The notes under the pieces were generated by a model. The model saw only the letters and a list, made by a program, of their open reading frames with translations, was not told where the DNA came from and searched no databases. The position numbers and the translations under genes were made by a program. Shown piece by piece: positions 30,094-39,489 of a stretch of 64,000 nt of DNA. The stretch lies in NCBI GenBank assembly GCA_902799765.1, contig CADCBZ010000002.1, positions 39,967-103,966 of the forward strand. The letters run 5' to 3'. The DNA comes from an uncultured Prevotellaceae bacterium. Its GTDB lineage: Bacteria > Bacteroidota > Bacteroidia > Bacteroidales > Bacteroidaceae. How positions within the stretch are numbered: position 1 is the first letter of the stretch; the number at the start of each line of letters is the position of its first letter.

Positions 30094-31629
30094 ATGGAAC
30101 AGCAACAATATAAAAGCAGTAATAAGAGGATAGCCAAGAATACACTTTATATGTATTTCCGAATGGCCATTCTTATGCTGGTATCCCTCTACACTTCACG
30201 TGTGGTTCTTGCCAATTTAGGTATAGATGATTATGGAATTTACAATGTCGTTGGGGCATTGATTGTTTCATTCACCTTTATTAAAGGCCCTTTAAGCAGT
30301 GCCACTCAACGATTCTTGAATTTTGAGATGGGGGTTAAGACTAACGGAAGACCGAATCTGGTATTCAACGTCAGTCTTTATGTGTATATCGTCATTGCTG
30401 TTTTATTAGTTCTTGTACTGGAGATTGGTGGACTATGGTTCCTAAATAATCAGATGAATATTCCTAATGGTCGCATGTCTGCTACGCAGTTCACTTTTCA
30501 GGTTAGTCTCATTTCATTGCTTTTTAGTTTTGCGCGTGTTCCGTATGATGCATTGATTATTACAAATGAACGATTGTCCTTTTATGCATTACTTAGTTTG
30601 CTGGAGGTAACGTTAAAACTACTCAATGCATTCTCTCTATCATACTTCATGGTTGATAAACTTGAATTGTATGCAATCAATCATTTAGCTATAGATATAA
30701 TAATTACTTCCACATTTATAACCTACACAAAAGTTAAAATTCCCGAGTTTAAGTTTACAGGAGAGTGGGATGGTAAGATTGCCCGTTCGCTTCTCAAATT
30801 CACAGGCTGGGGCTTGTTTGGCTCTTTTACTGCCATGACAGCAGATGAAGGCGTGACAATTATTATTAATATCTTTTGTGGCGTTTTTGTTAATGCATCA
30901 ATGGGTATTGCCCAGCAAATCAATAATGCTATCTGTGGACTTGCATCTAACTTCCAGACAGCATTCCGACCACAAATCATGAAAAGCTATGCCTCTGGTG
31001 ACTGGCAAGATATGAATACATTAATAGAGCGTACTTCCAAATTCTCTTTTCTTCTTATCTTTCTTATTGCCTTTCCTTTTAGTTTAAATTGTGAATTTAT
31101 TCTGGATCTATGGCTAAAAGAGTGGCCGCCGCTGGCGAGGGATTTTTGTATCTTTTTTATGGGCTATTCGTTGATTAATGTTCTTGGTGCGCCATTTTGG
31201 ATGGCTATCTATGCTACCGGGAATATTAGAAACTATCAATTGCTTTATAGTTGTATTTCCCTATTAAATATAGTCTTTTCTTACATCCTTCTTTTATTAG
31301 GCTTATCTCCGTGTTCAGTATTGGTTGTCAAAATCCTTTTGGAGGTTGCTATTCTGACTACAAGAATTGAATTGGTAAGAAGATATGTTAATTTTGTACC
31401 CTCTATATATTCTAAGAAGGTATTGCTACCTTGTACTTTCGTTTTGCTTCTTTCATCCCTACTAATCATACCTTTTTGCTTTCTGATAGGTATAGGATGG
31501 ATCCGGCTAATTGTTACATTGATGTTATTTGTTATTTTGTATCCATTCTTGATTTACTATATATGTTTGTCAAGTTCCGAACGGAAATATGTTTTGGAAA
31601 AGTTATCCATGATTACAATTAAAAAATAA
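30094..31629 (+). CDS. wzx: Wzx-type oligosaccharide flippase (MOP superfamily)
   Basis: 511 aa from the ATG at 30094, polytopic, with an N-terminus typical of polysaccharide biosynthesis flippases (NTLYMYFRMAILMLVSLYTSRVVL). Confidence 0.8.
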   Translation: MEQQQYKSSNKRIAKNTLYMYFRMAILMLVSLYTSRVVLANLGIDDYGIYNVVGALIVSFTFIKGPLSSATQRFLNFEMGVKTNGRPNLVFNVSLYVYIVIAVLLVLVLEIGGLWFLNNQMNIPNGRMSATQFTFQVSLISLLFSFARVPYDALIITNERLSFYALLSLLEVTLKLLNAFSLSYFMVDKLELYAINHLAIDIIITSTFITYTKVKIPEFKFTGEWDGKIARSLLKFTGWGLFGSFTAMTADEGVTIIINIFCGVFVNASMGIAQQINNAICGLASNFQTAFRPQIMKSYASGDWQDMNTLIERTSKFSFLLIFLIAFPFSLNCEFILDLWLKEWPPLARDFCIFFMGYSLINVLGAPFWMAIYATGNIRNYQLLYSCISLLNIVFSYILLLLGLSPCSVLVVKILLEVAILTTRIELVRRYVNFVPSIYSKKVLLPCTFVLLLSSLLIIPFCFLIGIGWIRLIVTLMLFVILYPFLIYYICLSSSERKYVLEKLSMITIKK

Positions 31630-31641
31630 TATGATAGGTTT

Positions 31642-32721
31642 ATGATTAATTTTACAGTTGGTCCTGTGCAGTCAAGTGATGCTGTCCGGGCTATTGGCGC
31701 AGAACAAGTTCCTTATTTTAGAACGACCGAATTTTCTGAGGTCATGTTGGAAAATGAGCGTCTTATTAAGAAGTTTGCTCATGCAACAGATGATAGTAGG
31801 GTCGTGTTTATGACCTGCTCTGGTTCTGGTGGTATGGAGACAGCCGTTATGAATACGCTGACAAAGGATGATAAAGCCTTGGTCATTAATGGTGGTAGTT
31901 TTGGCGAACGTTTTGTGGAATTATTGTCACTTCATGAGATTCCTTTTACAGAAATTAAGTTAGAACATGGCAAAGCTCTGAAACCAGAACACTTGGCACC
32001 ATACGAAGGTAAAGGTTATACCGCATTCTTGATGCAGAAGCATGAGACATCAACAGGTGTTCATTTTGACATTGATATGGTTTCTGATTTCTGCAAACGC
32101 AATCATCTTTTTTTGATTGTTGACACCATCAGTACTTTCCTCTGTGATCCTTTCGATATGGCAGCTACCAATACAGGTATTATGATTACAGGCTCACAGA
32201 AAGCCTTGGCTTGTGCTCCAGGTATCGCGGTGATGATTCTTGCACCTTCTGCGTTGAAGCGTGTTGCGGAGAAAAAGTGTTGCTGCCAGTATCTTGATTT
32301 GAAGCTCGCGTTAAAGAATATGGAGAGAGGCCAGACACCCTGGACTCCTGCTGTTGGTATCCTTCGTCAGATTAATGTTCGTTTGAAAGAAATTGAAGCA
32401 ATGGGTGGTGCAGAAGCTGAAATTGCACGTTGTGCAGGTTTGGCAAAGTACTTCCGTGATAAGTTAGTGGAGTACAACTTGCCATTTGAGATCGTATCAG
32501 AAAGTCTTTCAAATGCTGTAACGCCCCTTCATCCTACAACACAGTCTGCCTACGAAATCTTCCTGAAGATTAAGAACGAGTATGGTATGTGGATTTGTCC
32601 GAATGGAGGTGATATGAAGAATACTATTTTCCGTGTAGGGCATATCGGTGCACTAACTAAAGAAGACTATGACCAATTGATAGATGCCTTTCTGGACTTG
32701 AGAATAAAAGGCTTTATATGA
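31642..32721 (+). CDS. Class V (AGXT/PhnW-like) PLP-dependent aminotransferase
   Basis: 359 aa with an N-terminal FTVGPV...YFRTTEFSEVM block, an internal SGSQKAL block (putative PLP-Lys) and a C-terminal FRVGHIG. Confidence 0.82.
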   Translation: MINFTVGPVQSSDAVRAIGAEQVPYFRTTEFSEVMLENERLIKKFAHATDDSRVVFMTCSGSGGMETAVMNTLTKDDKALVINGGSFGERFVELLSLHEIPFTEIKLEHGKALKPEHLAPYEGKGYTAFLMQKHETSTGVHFDIDMVSDFCKRNHLFLIVDTISTFLCDPFDMAATNTGIMITGSQKALACAPGIAVMILAPSALKRVAEKKCCCQYLDLKLALKNMERGQTPWTPAVGILRQINVRLKEIEAMGGAEAEIARCAGLAKYFRDKLVEYNLPFEIVSESLSNAVTPLHPTTQSAYEIFLKIKNEYGMWICPNGGDMKNTIFRVGHIGALTKEDYDQLIDAFLDLRIKGFI

Positions 32722-32727
32722 TTATTT

Positions 32728-33360
32728 ATGAATCTACGTTACGACATATTAGAGAATACAGGATTTTCTTATGATGATCTCGTGAACCTCCTGCATATTG
32801 CGTTTCATGAAAGGACAAAGCAAGGTCTCTACTTTTCATGTTACAATTTTACAGTTGATGACTATAAAAGAAATACAAAAGGTGGTACCACTTTCATTGC
32901 TTATGATCCTGATAATCATGAGTTGTATGGTATGCTTGCTTTAACCCCACGCAGAGATGAAGAAGGCATCCTATATGGAAATCATGAATATTTAGCAGTG
33001 TTACCAGCATCTCAGCATAGTGGCGTTGCAACCAAACTGTTTCAGCTTTGTGAGAAAAAGTGTATTGAAATGAATGCCAGTTATATTCTTAGCGATACAG
33101 CAATAGGCGCAAAGAGTTCTGTACGATATCATCTTAAACAGGGATTTCAGATAATAGGATATGAGGCGTTTAGTAATACCAATTATTATTCATACATATT
33201 TAAGAAATCACTACCGCCGAATTCTGATTTGAATGGTGGATTGTCAGGGTGGCGTTTATTAAAAGCATATATAATATTTAGGCTCAAATTTCATGTACAT
33301 AAAAAGCCTACTTTACTATATCGCATATATTTAAGATTTTTAAATTTGATATTAAAATGA
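32728..33360 (+). CDS. GNAT-family N-acetyltransferase
   Basis: 210 aa. The acetyl-CoA-binding-type motif is VLPASQHSGVATKLF (Q/R-x-x-G-x-A). An ATGA overlap joins it to the next gene. Confidence 0.65.
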   Translation: MNLRYDILENTGFSYDDLVNLLHIAFHERTKQGLYFSCYNFTVDDYKRNTKGGTTFIAYDPDNHELYGMLALTPRRDEEGILYGNHEYLAVLPASQHSGVATKLFQLCEKKCIEMNASYILSDTAIGAKSSVRYHLKQGFQIIGYEAFSNTNYYSYIFKKSLPPNSDLNGGLSGWRLLKAYIIFRLKFHVHKKPTLLYRIYLRFLNLILK

Positions 33361-34163
33361 AGGAATTGTCCTTAAAGGAAATTCAGGGTGTTGGCCTTGA
33401 TATTCTGAAAAATGTTCATGAGTTTTGTTGTAATCATGACATTAAATATTCAATCTTTTATGGCACTTTAATAGGAGCAGTCCGTCATAAAGGCTTTATT
33501 CCCTGGGATGATGACATTGATATTATCATGCCAAGAGATGATTATAATAAATTCTGTAAGACATATAGCTCAAAAGATGGCTATTGTCTTTTAAAACCAA
33601 AACAAAATTACTTGGCATTTGCTCGTCTCTATGATACTAAAAGAACTACCTCAGAAACATGGCTTCCTGATGCTCCCATCAAAGGTTTGGGAGTGAGTAT
33701 TGATATCTTCCCTGTTGATAAAGTAAGCGATGAGAAATCGGAGTTTGATAAGTGTCTTGCCAAATGTTCTGAAATGTATCTTGAACAGTTGCGTTTCAGA
33801 TATTCCGTTGATTCCATCTCCAAATTGTTAAGAAGGAAAAAACCCATACGTTCAATTATAAAAAAAATTTTATATCATGGTAAAATTGATCAGATATTAA
33901 CAAAGCATGAACAATTGGCTACTATGTTTAATCAGATGGAAACAAATCATTGGAGTCAACTGACTTGTCCTGACCCGTCAAAGGAATATCATTTGATGGA
34001 AGATTTCAATGATACCGTCATGCTTCCTTTTGAGGACTCTGAATTTTGTGCATTGAAGGGGTATGAAAGAGTTCTTACAGAGATGTATGGTGATTATATG
34101 CAATTACCTCCAGTTGAAAAGAGAAAGGGTAGTTTTGGTGAAACGACATTCTTTTGGAAATAA
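33357..34163 (+). CDS. LicD-family phosphotransferase (CDP-alcohol-dependent)
   Basis: 268 aa with the LicD signature GTLIGAVRHKGFIPWDDDIDIIMPRDDY and the C-terminal YGDYMQLPP. Confidence 0.85.
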   Translation: MKELSLKEIQGVGLDILKNVHEFCCNHDIKYSIFYGTLIGAVRHKGFIPWDDDIDIIMPRDDYNKFCKTYSSKDGYCLLKPKQNYLAFARLYDTKRTTSETWLPDAPIKGLGVSIDIFPVDKVSDEKSEFDKCLAKCSEMYLEQLRFRYSVDSISKLLRRKKPIRSIIKKILYHGKIDQILTKHEQLATMFNQMETNHWSQLTCPDPSKEYHLMEDFNDTVMLPFEDSEFCALKGYERVLTEMYGDYMQLPPVEKRKGSFGETTFFWK

Positions 34164-34169
34164 CATCTG

Positions 34170-34970
34170 ATGAAAGAGATTGGAATAGAAGCTTTAAAAC
34201 AGATACAACTTGATATGTTAAAGGATATCCATGCTTTTTGTATGGACCATCAAATCAATTATTCTTTAGCATTTGGAACTTTATTAGGGGCTGTCCGTCA
34301 CAAAGGTTATATTCCTTGGGATGATGATGTCGATATTATGATGCCAAGAGAAGATTATAACCGGTTTATTCGGTCTTATGGTAATCAGATTTATAAGATT
34401 GCAGATATGTTTGTTAATCCAGATTATGTTGATTCGTTTGCCAAGGTTGAGGATACACGAACTGTTATAGAAGAATACGAGGAAGGCGGTTCTTTTGTCT
34501 TTGGTGTATATATTGATGTGTTCCCTGTAGATTATGTTCCTGATAACTTGTCTGAAAGAAAGGCTTTTTACAAGAAAAAGAGGATGTGGAATGTTTTGTA
34601 TGAGCTAAAAAGAATAAAAGTCAAGAAAGGAAGATCCTTTGTTAAGAATCTGGCATTGATGGTTGGGCATCGCCTTCTTTTCTTTATTAGCAGACGACAA
34701 CTCGCTCATAAATTGTCGGAATTAGCTTCTAAGTATCAAGGACAGAAAACTACCTTTATGGGAATTGTTGCTCCTGCGGATAGTCGTATTGAAGAAGCTG
34801 TACCATCCAATTGTTTTGAGGAGTATATAGAATTGCCTTTTGAGAATATCAATGTGATGTCCATAAAGAACTATGATTGCTATTTGTCAGCTGCTTTTGG
34901 TGACTATATGCAATTGCCACCAGAAGAAAAACGTGTATCACATCATGTGTTCAAGGCATATTGGAGATAA
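34170..34970 (+). CDS. LicD-family phosphotransferase (second paralog)
   Basis: 266 aa with GTLLGAVRHKGYIPWDDDVDIMMPREDY and FGDYMQLPP. Confidence 0.85.
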   Translation: MKEIGIEALKQIQLDMLKDIHAFCMDHQINYSLAFGTLLGAVRHKGYIPWDDDVDIMMPREDYNRFIRSYGNQIYKIADMFVNPDYVDSFAKVEDTRTVIEEYEEGGSFVFGVYIDVFPVDYVPDNLSERKAFYKKKRMWNVLYELKRIKVKKGRSFVKNLALMVGHRLLFFISRRQLAHKLSELASKYQGQKTTFMGIVAPADSRIEEAVPSNCFEEYIELPFENINVMSIKNYDCYLSAAFGDYMQLPPEEKRVSHHVFKAYWR

Positions 34971-34982
34971 TTTGTTTGAGTC

Positions 34983-36077
34983 ATGTATCAGCTCATCTTA
35001 TTAATTTTGATTTTTTTTAGCTGCATTGAGATCTTCTCAGGTAAGAGAAGCCAATTGTGGTTTCATATTTCTTACCTATTAATGACCTTTGTTGCTGTTT
35101 TTAGGTATGGGCAGATGGATGACTATTTTAACTATTTCCAGTATTATGAGGATCCCAGTATCTATATGGAGGTAGATATACTCTATGGTGCAATAACTCA
35201 ACTATTTAAGGCTTGCTCGATACATTATATTGTTTTTTCTGCATTCGTTTCGTTGCTCTGTATGGTTCTTGCATATCGTTTTTTTGCGCAAGATTGTGAG
35301 TATAGTTGTTTAAGTTTATTGATATTTTATTGTTATACCTTCCTTTTATGTTGTCCTTTGGGAGCTTTCCGACAGGGCATATGTCTATCCATTTTACTCT
35401 TCTTCTATCACAGAATAAAAGATAATAAGGATAAAGCATTCTATTTCTGGGGCATTGTTGGCAGTTTTATCCATCTCTCTTTTATAGTTCTTTTGATTTT
35501 GCCTTATTTGATGCGTCTGAAGATATACAATGCCTCTTTTGTTGTTTATGCTATTATCGGACTCTCTGCTTTGGCTTTTGTCGGTATAAGTATTGCCCAG
35601 TTCCTGCCATTTGAGAGAATAACGTACTATCAGGAAGGCGAAGGTGTCGGCATTTGGCTAAGAATGGGTTTGAGAATCTTGATGATTGTTCCTGTTCTTT
35701 TATGTAAACCAGATTATGGGAGTGACGGGTATTATGCAAAAGCTATATGTCTTATTGGCTTTGCTCTTTATTGTGTGTTGAGTTTTAATGACTTGGTCGC
35801 TGGGCGCCTGGAGTACTATTTTAGAACATTCCTTTGTTTGTTCGCTGCCTATTATATTGCAAATTATGAATGGAAATTTAGGGCAAGTGTGCAACTGTTC
35901 TTGCTACTTGTAGTCCATCTTGTACTATGGTACAAAAATATGAGTGTGGAAATTGAACGTATGGAATATAAAGAGGGTACCACCGTTCTTAACTTTCCGT
36001 TTATTTCCGTGTTTGATAAATCTGAACTAAAAGAATATAGCGGAATAGATACATTTGGCCTCGATGAAGGAAGATAG
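34983..36077 (+). CDS. EpsG/Wzy-like polysaccharide polymerase (polytopic membrane protein)
   Basis: 364 aa, very hydrophobic with many TM segments. Its position in the locus is typical of Wzy/EpsG-family proteins. Confidence 0.65.
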   Translation: MYQLILLILIFFSCIEIFSGKRSQLWFHISYLLMTFVAVFRYGQMDDYFNYFQYYEDPSIYMEVDILYGAITQLFKACSIHYIVFSAFVSLLCMVLAYRFFAQDCEYSCLSLLIFYCYTFLLCCPLGAFRQGICLSILLFFYHRIKDNKDKAFYFWGIVGSFIHLSFIVLLILPYLMRLKIYNASFVVYAIIGLSALAFVGISIAQFLPFERITYYQEGEGVGIWLRMGLRILMIVPVLLCKPDYGSDGYYAKAICLIGFALYCVLSFNDLVAGRLEYYFRTFLCLFAAYYIANYEWKFRASVQLFLLLVVHLVLWYKNMSVEIERMEYKEGTTVLNFPFISVFDKSELKEYSGIDTFGLDEGR

Positions 36078-36085
36078 CCTTAATT

Positions 36086-37165
36086 ATGAATACTCTATAT
36101 TTTGATAACATCGTATTTGATTTGCAGAAATCTGGTGGTATATCTGTAGTATGGTATGAATTACTGACAAGGATCTGTCATCAGAATGATTTCTGTATAA
36201 GGTTTATTGATAATGAGGGAAGTGTGAATCCATATCGACGAGGATTGAATATTCATCATGATATGATTATGAAGGGTGATTCGTGCATGGCGGTCTCTCG
36301 GTATTTGCCTGTTTCAATAAAAAGAGATAGTCCGTTTTTATTCCATTCTTCATACTATCGTTATTGCAAGAATCCTAATGCTATCAATATCACAACAGTT
36401 CATGACTTTACATATGAATATTACCGAAAGGGATTAGCCAAAAAGTTGCATTGTTGGCAGAAATATAAGGCATTAAGACATTCTCAATATATTGTTTGTA
36501 TATCTGAAAACACAAAACGGGATTTACTAAAGTTTGTACCGGATATTGAGGAGGAAAAAATTAGGATCATCTATAATGGTGTTTCTGATGATTATTGCGT
36601 TTTAGATAAAAGTGAGGCTTCAAGTGCCATCCCATTTGAAAGAAACAAGTATGTAGTATTTGTTGGGAATAGAGGTGGGTATAAGAACTTTGACTTCCTG
36701 AAGAAAACGATCACCAAGTCAAATTTTAACTTAGTGATAGTGGGCTCCCCTTTATCAGACGAAGAAGTTTGTGATCTGGAGAGGTTTCTACCTCGGGAAA
36801 GATATGTATGTACGGGCTTCCTTCCCAACAAGGATTTGAATGTCCTTTATAATCATGCCGCAGCCTTGGTATATCCTTCGGCTTATGAAGGATTTGGAAT
36901 ACCTGTTATTGAGGCTCAGAAAGCTGGCTGCCCTGTGATAGCTTATAATAATTCCTCAATACCTGAAGTAATTGGTGAGACACCCTTGTTAATGAATGAA
37001 CTGACGGAAAAGGAATTGTTGGATAAACTATCTCTGCTGGCAAATGACGACCTGTTAAAAAAGGTACGGGAGGATGGCCTGAAGAATGCTGCGAGGTTTA
37101 GCTGGGATAAAATGTATCAAGGATATTCTAATCTGTATCAAGAAGTTTTTGATCAAGTTAAATAA
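36086..37165 (+). CDS. Glycosyltransferase family 4 (GT-B)
   Basis: 359 aa with the C-terminal motif YPSAYEGFGIPVIEAQKAGCPVI (E-x7-E type). Confidence 0.85.
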   Translation: MNTLYFDNIVFDLQKSGGISVVWYELLTRICHQNDFCIRFIDNEGSVNPYRRGLNIHHDMIMKGDSCMAVSRYLPVSIKRDSPFLFHSSYYRYCKNPNAINITTVHDFTYEYYRKGLAKKLHCWQKYKALRHSQYIVCISENTKRDLLKFVPDIEEEKIRIIYNGVSDDYCVLDKSEASSAIPFERNKYVVFVGNRGGYKNFDFLKKTITKSNFNLVIVGSPLSDEEVCDLERFLPRERYVCTGFLPNKDLNVLYNHAAALVYPSAYEGFGIPVIEAQKAGCPVIAYNNSSIPEVIGETPLLMNELTEKELLDKLSLLANDDLLKKVREDGLKNAARFSWDKMYQGYSNLYQEVFDQVK

Positions 37166-37924
37166 ATGAAGATTTCAATTATTACAGCGACATATAATAG
37201 CGGAAAGACTGTGCGTGATACCCTTGAGAGTGTGTTGCGGCAGACTTTTTCGGACTATGAGTATATCATCAAGGATGGAGGCTCTAAAGATGATACCTTA
37301 GAAATCGTCAAGAACTATGCGCCAAAGTTTGGTGAGAGATTAAAGGTTATCTCAGAACCTGACCAAGGAATATATGATGCAATGAATAAGGGGTTTCAGA
37401 TGGCAACGGGAGATGTGATTGGGATTCTGAACTCCGATGATTTCTATACGTCTGACGATGCCCTCCAGGTGATTGCTGATGCTTTCGCGAACAATGATAT
37501 TGATGCAACGTATGGTGATATCCATTTTGTGAACGATGATGATCTATCAAAGCGCGTCCGTTATTATTCCTCGGCTGTATTCAGACGATCTTTTATGCGT
37601 TTTGGTTTGATGCCTGCCCATCCGTCTTTCTATTGTAAGAAGGCTGTCTATGAAAAATATGGTGCCTTTGATACGTCGTATAAGGTGGCGGCGGATTTTG
37701 AGAACCTCTTGCGTATCATCTATGTAGGAAACATTAAGACTAAGTATATCCCTAAAGACTTCGTGACTATGCGAACAGGTGGTGCTTCCACTGCTGGACT
37801 TTCGAGCAGGACCCAGATCATGAAGGATCATCTTAGGGCCTTGAAGACAAATGGTATATACTCGAATGTGTTTTTGTTGAGTTTGCGGTATATCTATAAA
37901 GTGTATGAGTTAGTGAGGAGATAA
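37166..37924 (+). CDS. Glycosyltransferase family 2
   Basis: 252 aa with an N-terminal ISIITATYNSGKTVRDTLESVLRQTF...IIKDGGSKDDT and the DxD-type motif LNSDDF. Confidence 0.87.
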   Translation: MKISIITATYNSGKTVRDTLESVLRQTFSDYEYIIKDGGSKDDTLEIVKNYAPKFGERLKVISEPDQGIYDAMNKGFQMATGDVIGILNSDDFYTSDDALQVIADAFANNDIDATYGDIHFVNDDDLSKRVRYYSSAVFRRSFMRFGLMPAHPSFYCKKAVYEKYGAFDTSYKVAADFENLLRIIYVGNIKTKYIPKDFVTMRTGGASTAGLSSRTQIMKDHLRALKTNGIYSNVFLLSLRYIYKVYELVRR

Positions 37925-38344
37925 ATGATGAAAATACTGGATAATAGGTTGTTCAATGCGATAGAAGAGGAGGCCAAGGCTTCTTCTCGGCGTCGGATGA
38001 GTCATGATCTGCGGACGCAGGCGATGGATGAGGAGCCCGATTGGCGGGACAGTTCTCAACGTATGCTGAACGTAATGATGACGGATACAGTGATTCCGAT
38101 TCACCGACATACGGCATCATCAGAGACACTCATCGTATTGCGAGGGAGTGGGGATGAGGTAACGTATGATGAGACTGGGAAAGAGACGACCCGCGTGACG
38201 CTGAGGGCTGGTAGCGATTGTATGGCTGTTCAGGTGCCTCGCAATGTGTATCATACCTTTATCCCCCATGAGGATGGTACTACTATCTTTGAGGCGAAGG
38301 ACCGGGCCTATGATCCAGAAAGTACGATATCACTTTGCAAATGA
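37925..38344 (+). CDS. WbuC-family cupin-fold protein
   Basis: 139 aa with RRRMSHDL...IPIHRH, as in WbuC-type cupins of O-antigen clusters (from memory). Confidence 0.65.
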   Translation: MMKILDNRLFNAIEEEAKASSRRRMSHDLRTQAMDEEPDWRDSSQRMLNVMMTDTVIPIHRHTASSETLIVLRGSGDEVTYDETGKETTRVTLRAGSDCMAVQVPRNVYHTFIPHEDGTTIFEAKDRAYDPESTISLCK

Positions 38345-39393
38345 ACGAACAGACATTGCTTTATCCGCTGCTGTTTGAGCCGAATCTGCATACCGTGGTG
38401 TGGGGTGGTGGACAGCTTCGTCCCTACAAGGGGATGGAACCTTCCGACGAACCGATTGGGGAGAGTTGGGAGGTGAGTGCCGTGCCCACCAGTACGAGTA
38501 TCATCAGCAATGGTGCGTGGCAGGGTAGGGATCTGGTGTCGGTGATCCATGGACAGCCCGAAGCCATCCTTGGCAAGAAGGTAAATGAGAAATACCATGG
38601 TCAGTTGCCCCTGTTAGTAAAGTTTATCGATGCCCAAAAGGATCTGAGTATCCAGGTGCATCCCAATGATGAGATGGCGATGCGTGAGCATGGGAAGATG
38701 GGCAAGTCGGAGATGTGGTATGTCATCAAGGCTGATGAGGGTGCCCATCTCTATGCAGGATTCAAACGGGAGATTCAAGTGGGAGAATACTACCGGCGTA
38801 TTGCTGACGGGACGATCACGGAGGTTCTGGCTGACCATCAGGTGAAAGCGGGCGATGTGTTCTATCTGCCGGCGGGACGTGTGCATGCCATCTGTGGCGG
38901 CATCCTCTTGGCTGAGGTGCAGCAGTCGTCGGATGTGACCTATCGGATTTTTGATTATAACCGGCCAGGCTTAGACGGCAAACCGCGTGAGCTGCATACG
39001 GCATTGGCAGCCCAGGCACTAGACTTCCATGTAGAGAAAAATTATCGTACTGATTATCCTGAGTTGGCCAACCGCGCCACTCAGATTATAGATACACCTT
39101 ATTTTGATGTCCGTGTGATGGAGGTGTCGAAACCGTTCCATCGTGACCTTCGAAAGTATGACAGTTTTATCATCACGATGTGCATCGAGGGGGACTGCGT
39201 GATTCATGTGCGAAGCACGGGGGATGAAATCCTGTTAAAAGAGGGGTATAGTACGTTGATCCCGGCTGCAATTGCTGACTTCGATGTCATTCCTCAGCGG
39301 GGTCGAACGCGCATCCTGGATGCCTTTATCGATAATATGGACAGGAGCCTCACCACGATGGTGACTCGTTTCCTACATCTTTCAGAAATTTAA
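38341..39393 (+). CDS. manA: Type I mannose-6-phosphate isomerase
   Basis: 350 aa from the ATG at 38341, with an ATGA overlap onto the wbuC-like stop. Motifs LLVKFIDAQKDLSIQVHPND and SEMWYV are present. Confidence 0.85.
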   Translation: MNEQTLLYPLLFEPNLHTVVWGGGQLRPYKGMEPSDEPIGESWEVSAVPTSTSIISNGAWQGRDLVSVIHGQPEAILGKKVNEKYHGQLPLLVKFIDAQKDLSIQVHPNDEMAMREHGKMGKSEMWYVIKADEGAHLYAGFKREIQVGEYYRRIADGTITEVLADHQVKAGDVFYLPAGRVHAICGGILLAEVQQSSDVTYRIFDYNRPGLDGKPRELHTALAAQALDFHVEKNYRTDYPELANRATQIIDTPYFDVRVMEVSKPFHRDLRKYDSFIITMCIEGDCVIHVRSTGDEILLKEGYSTLIPAAIADFDVIPQRGRTRILDAFIDNMDRSLTTMVTRFLHLSEI

Positions 39394-39402
39394 AATAACA
39401 AT

Positions 39403-39429
39403 GAGAGGTCACCTTCCAGGTGGCCTCTC
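39403..39429 (+). terminator. Putative terminator after manA
   Basis: 11-bp stem gagaggtcacc/ggtggcctctc with one G-U position and loop ttcca, followed by a short T run. Confidence 0.5.
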
Positions 39430-39489
39430 TTTAGGTTAACATGTTTCTTTGTGTGCATCTCTATTACCGAGATACGTGGTGTGTGTGAT

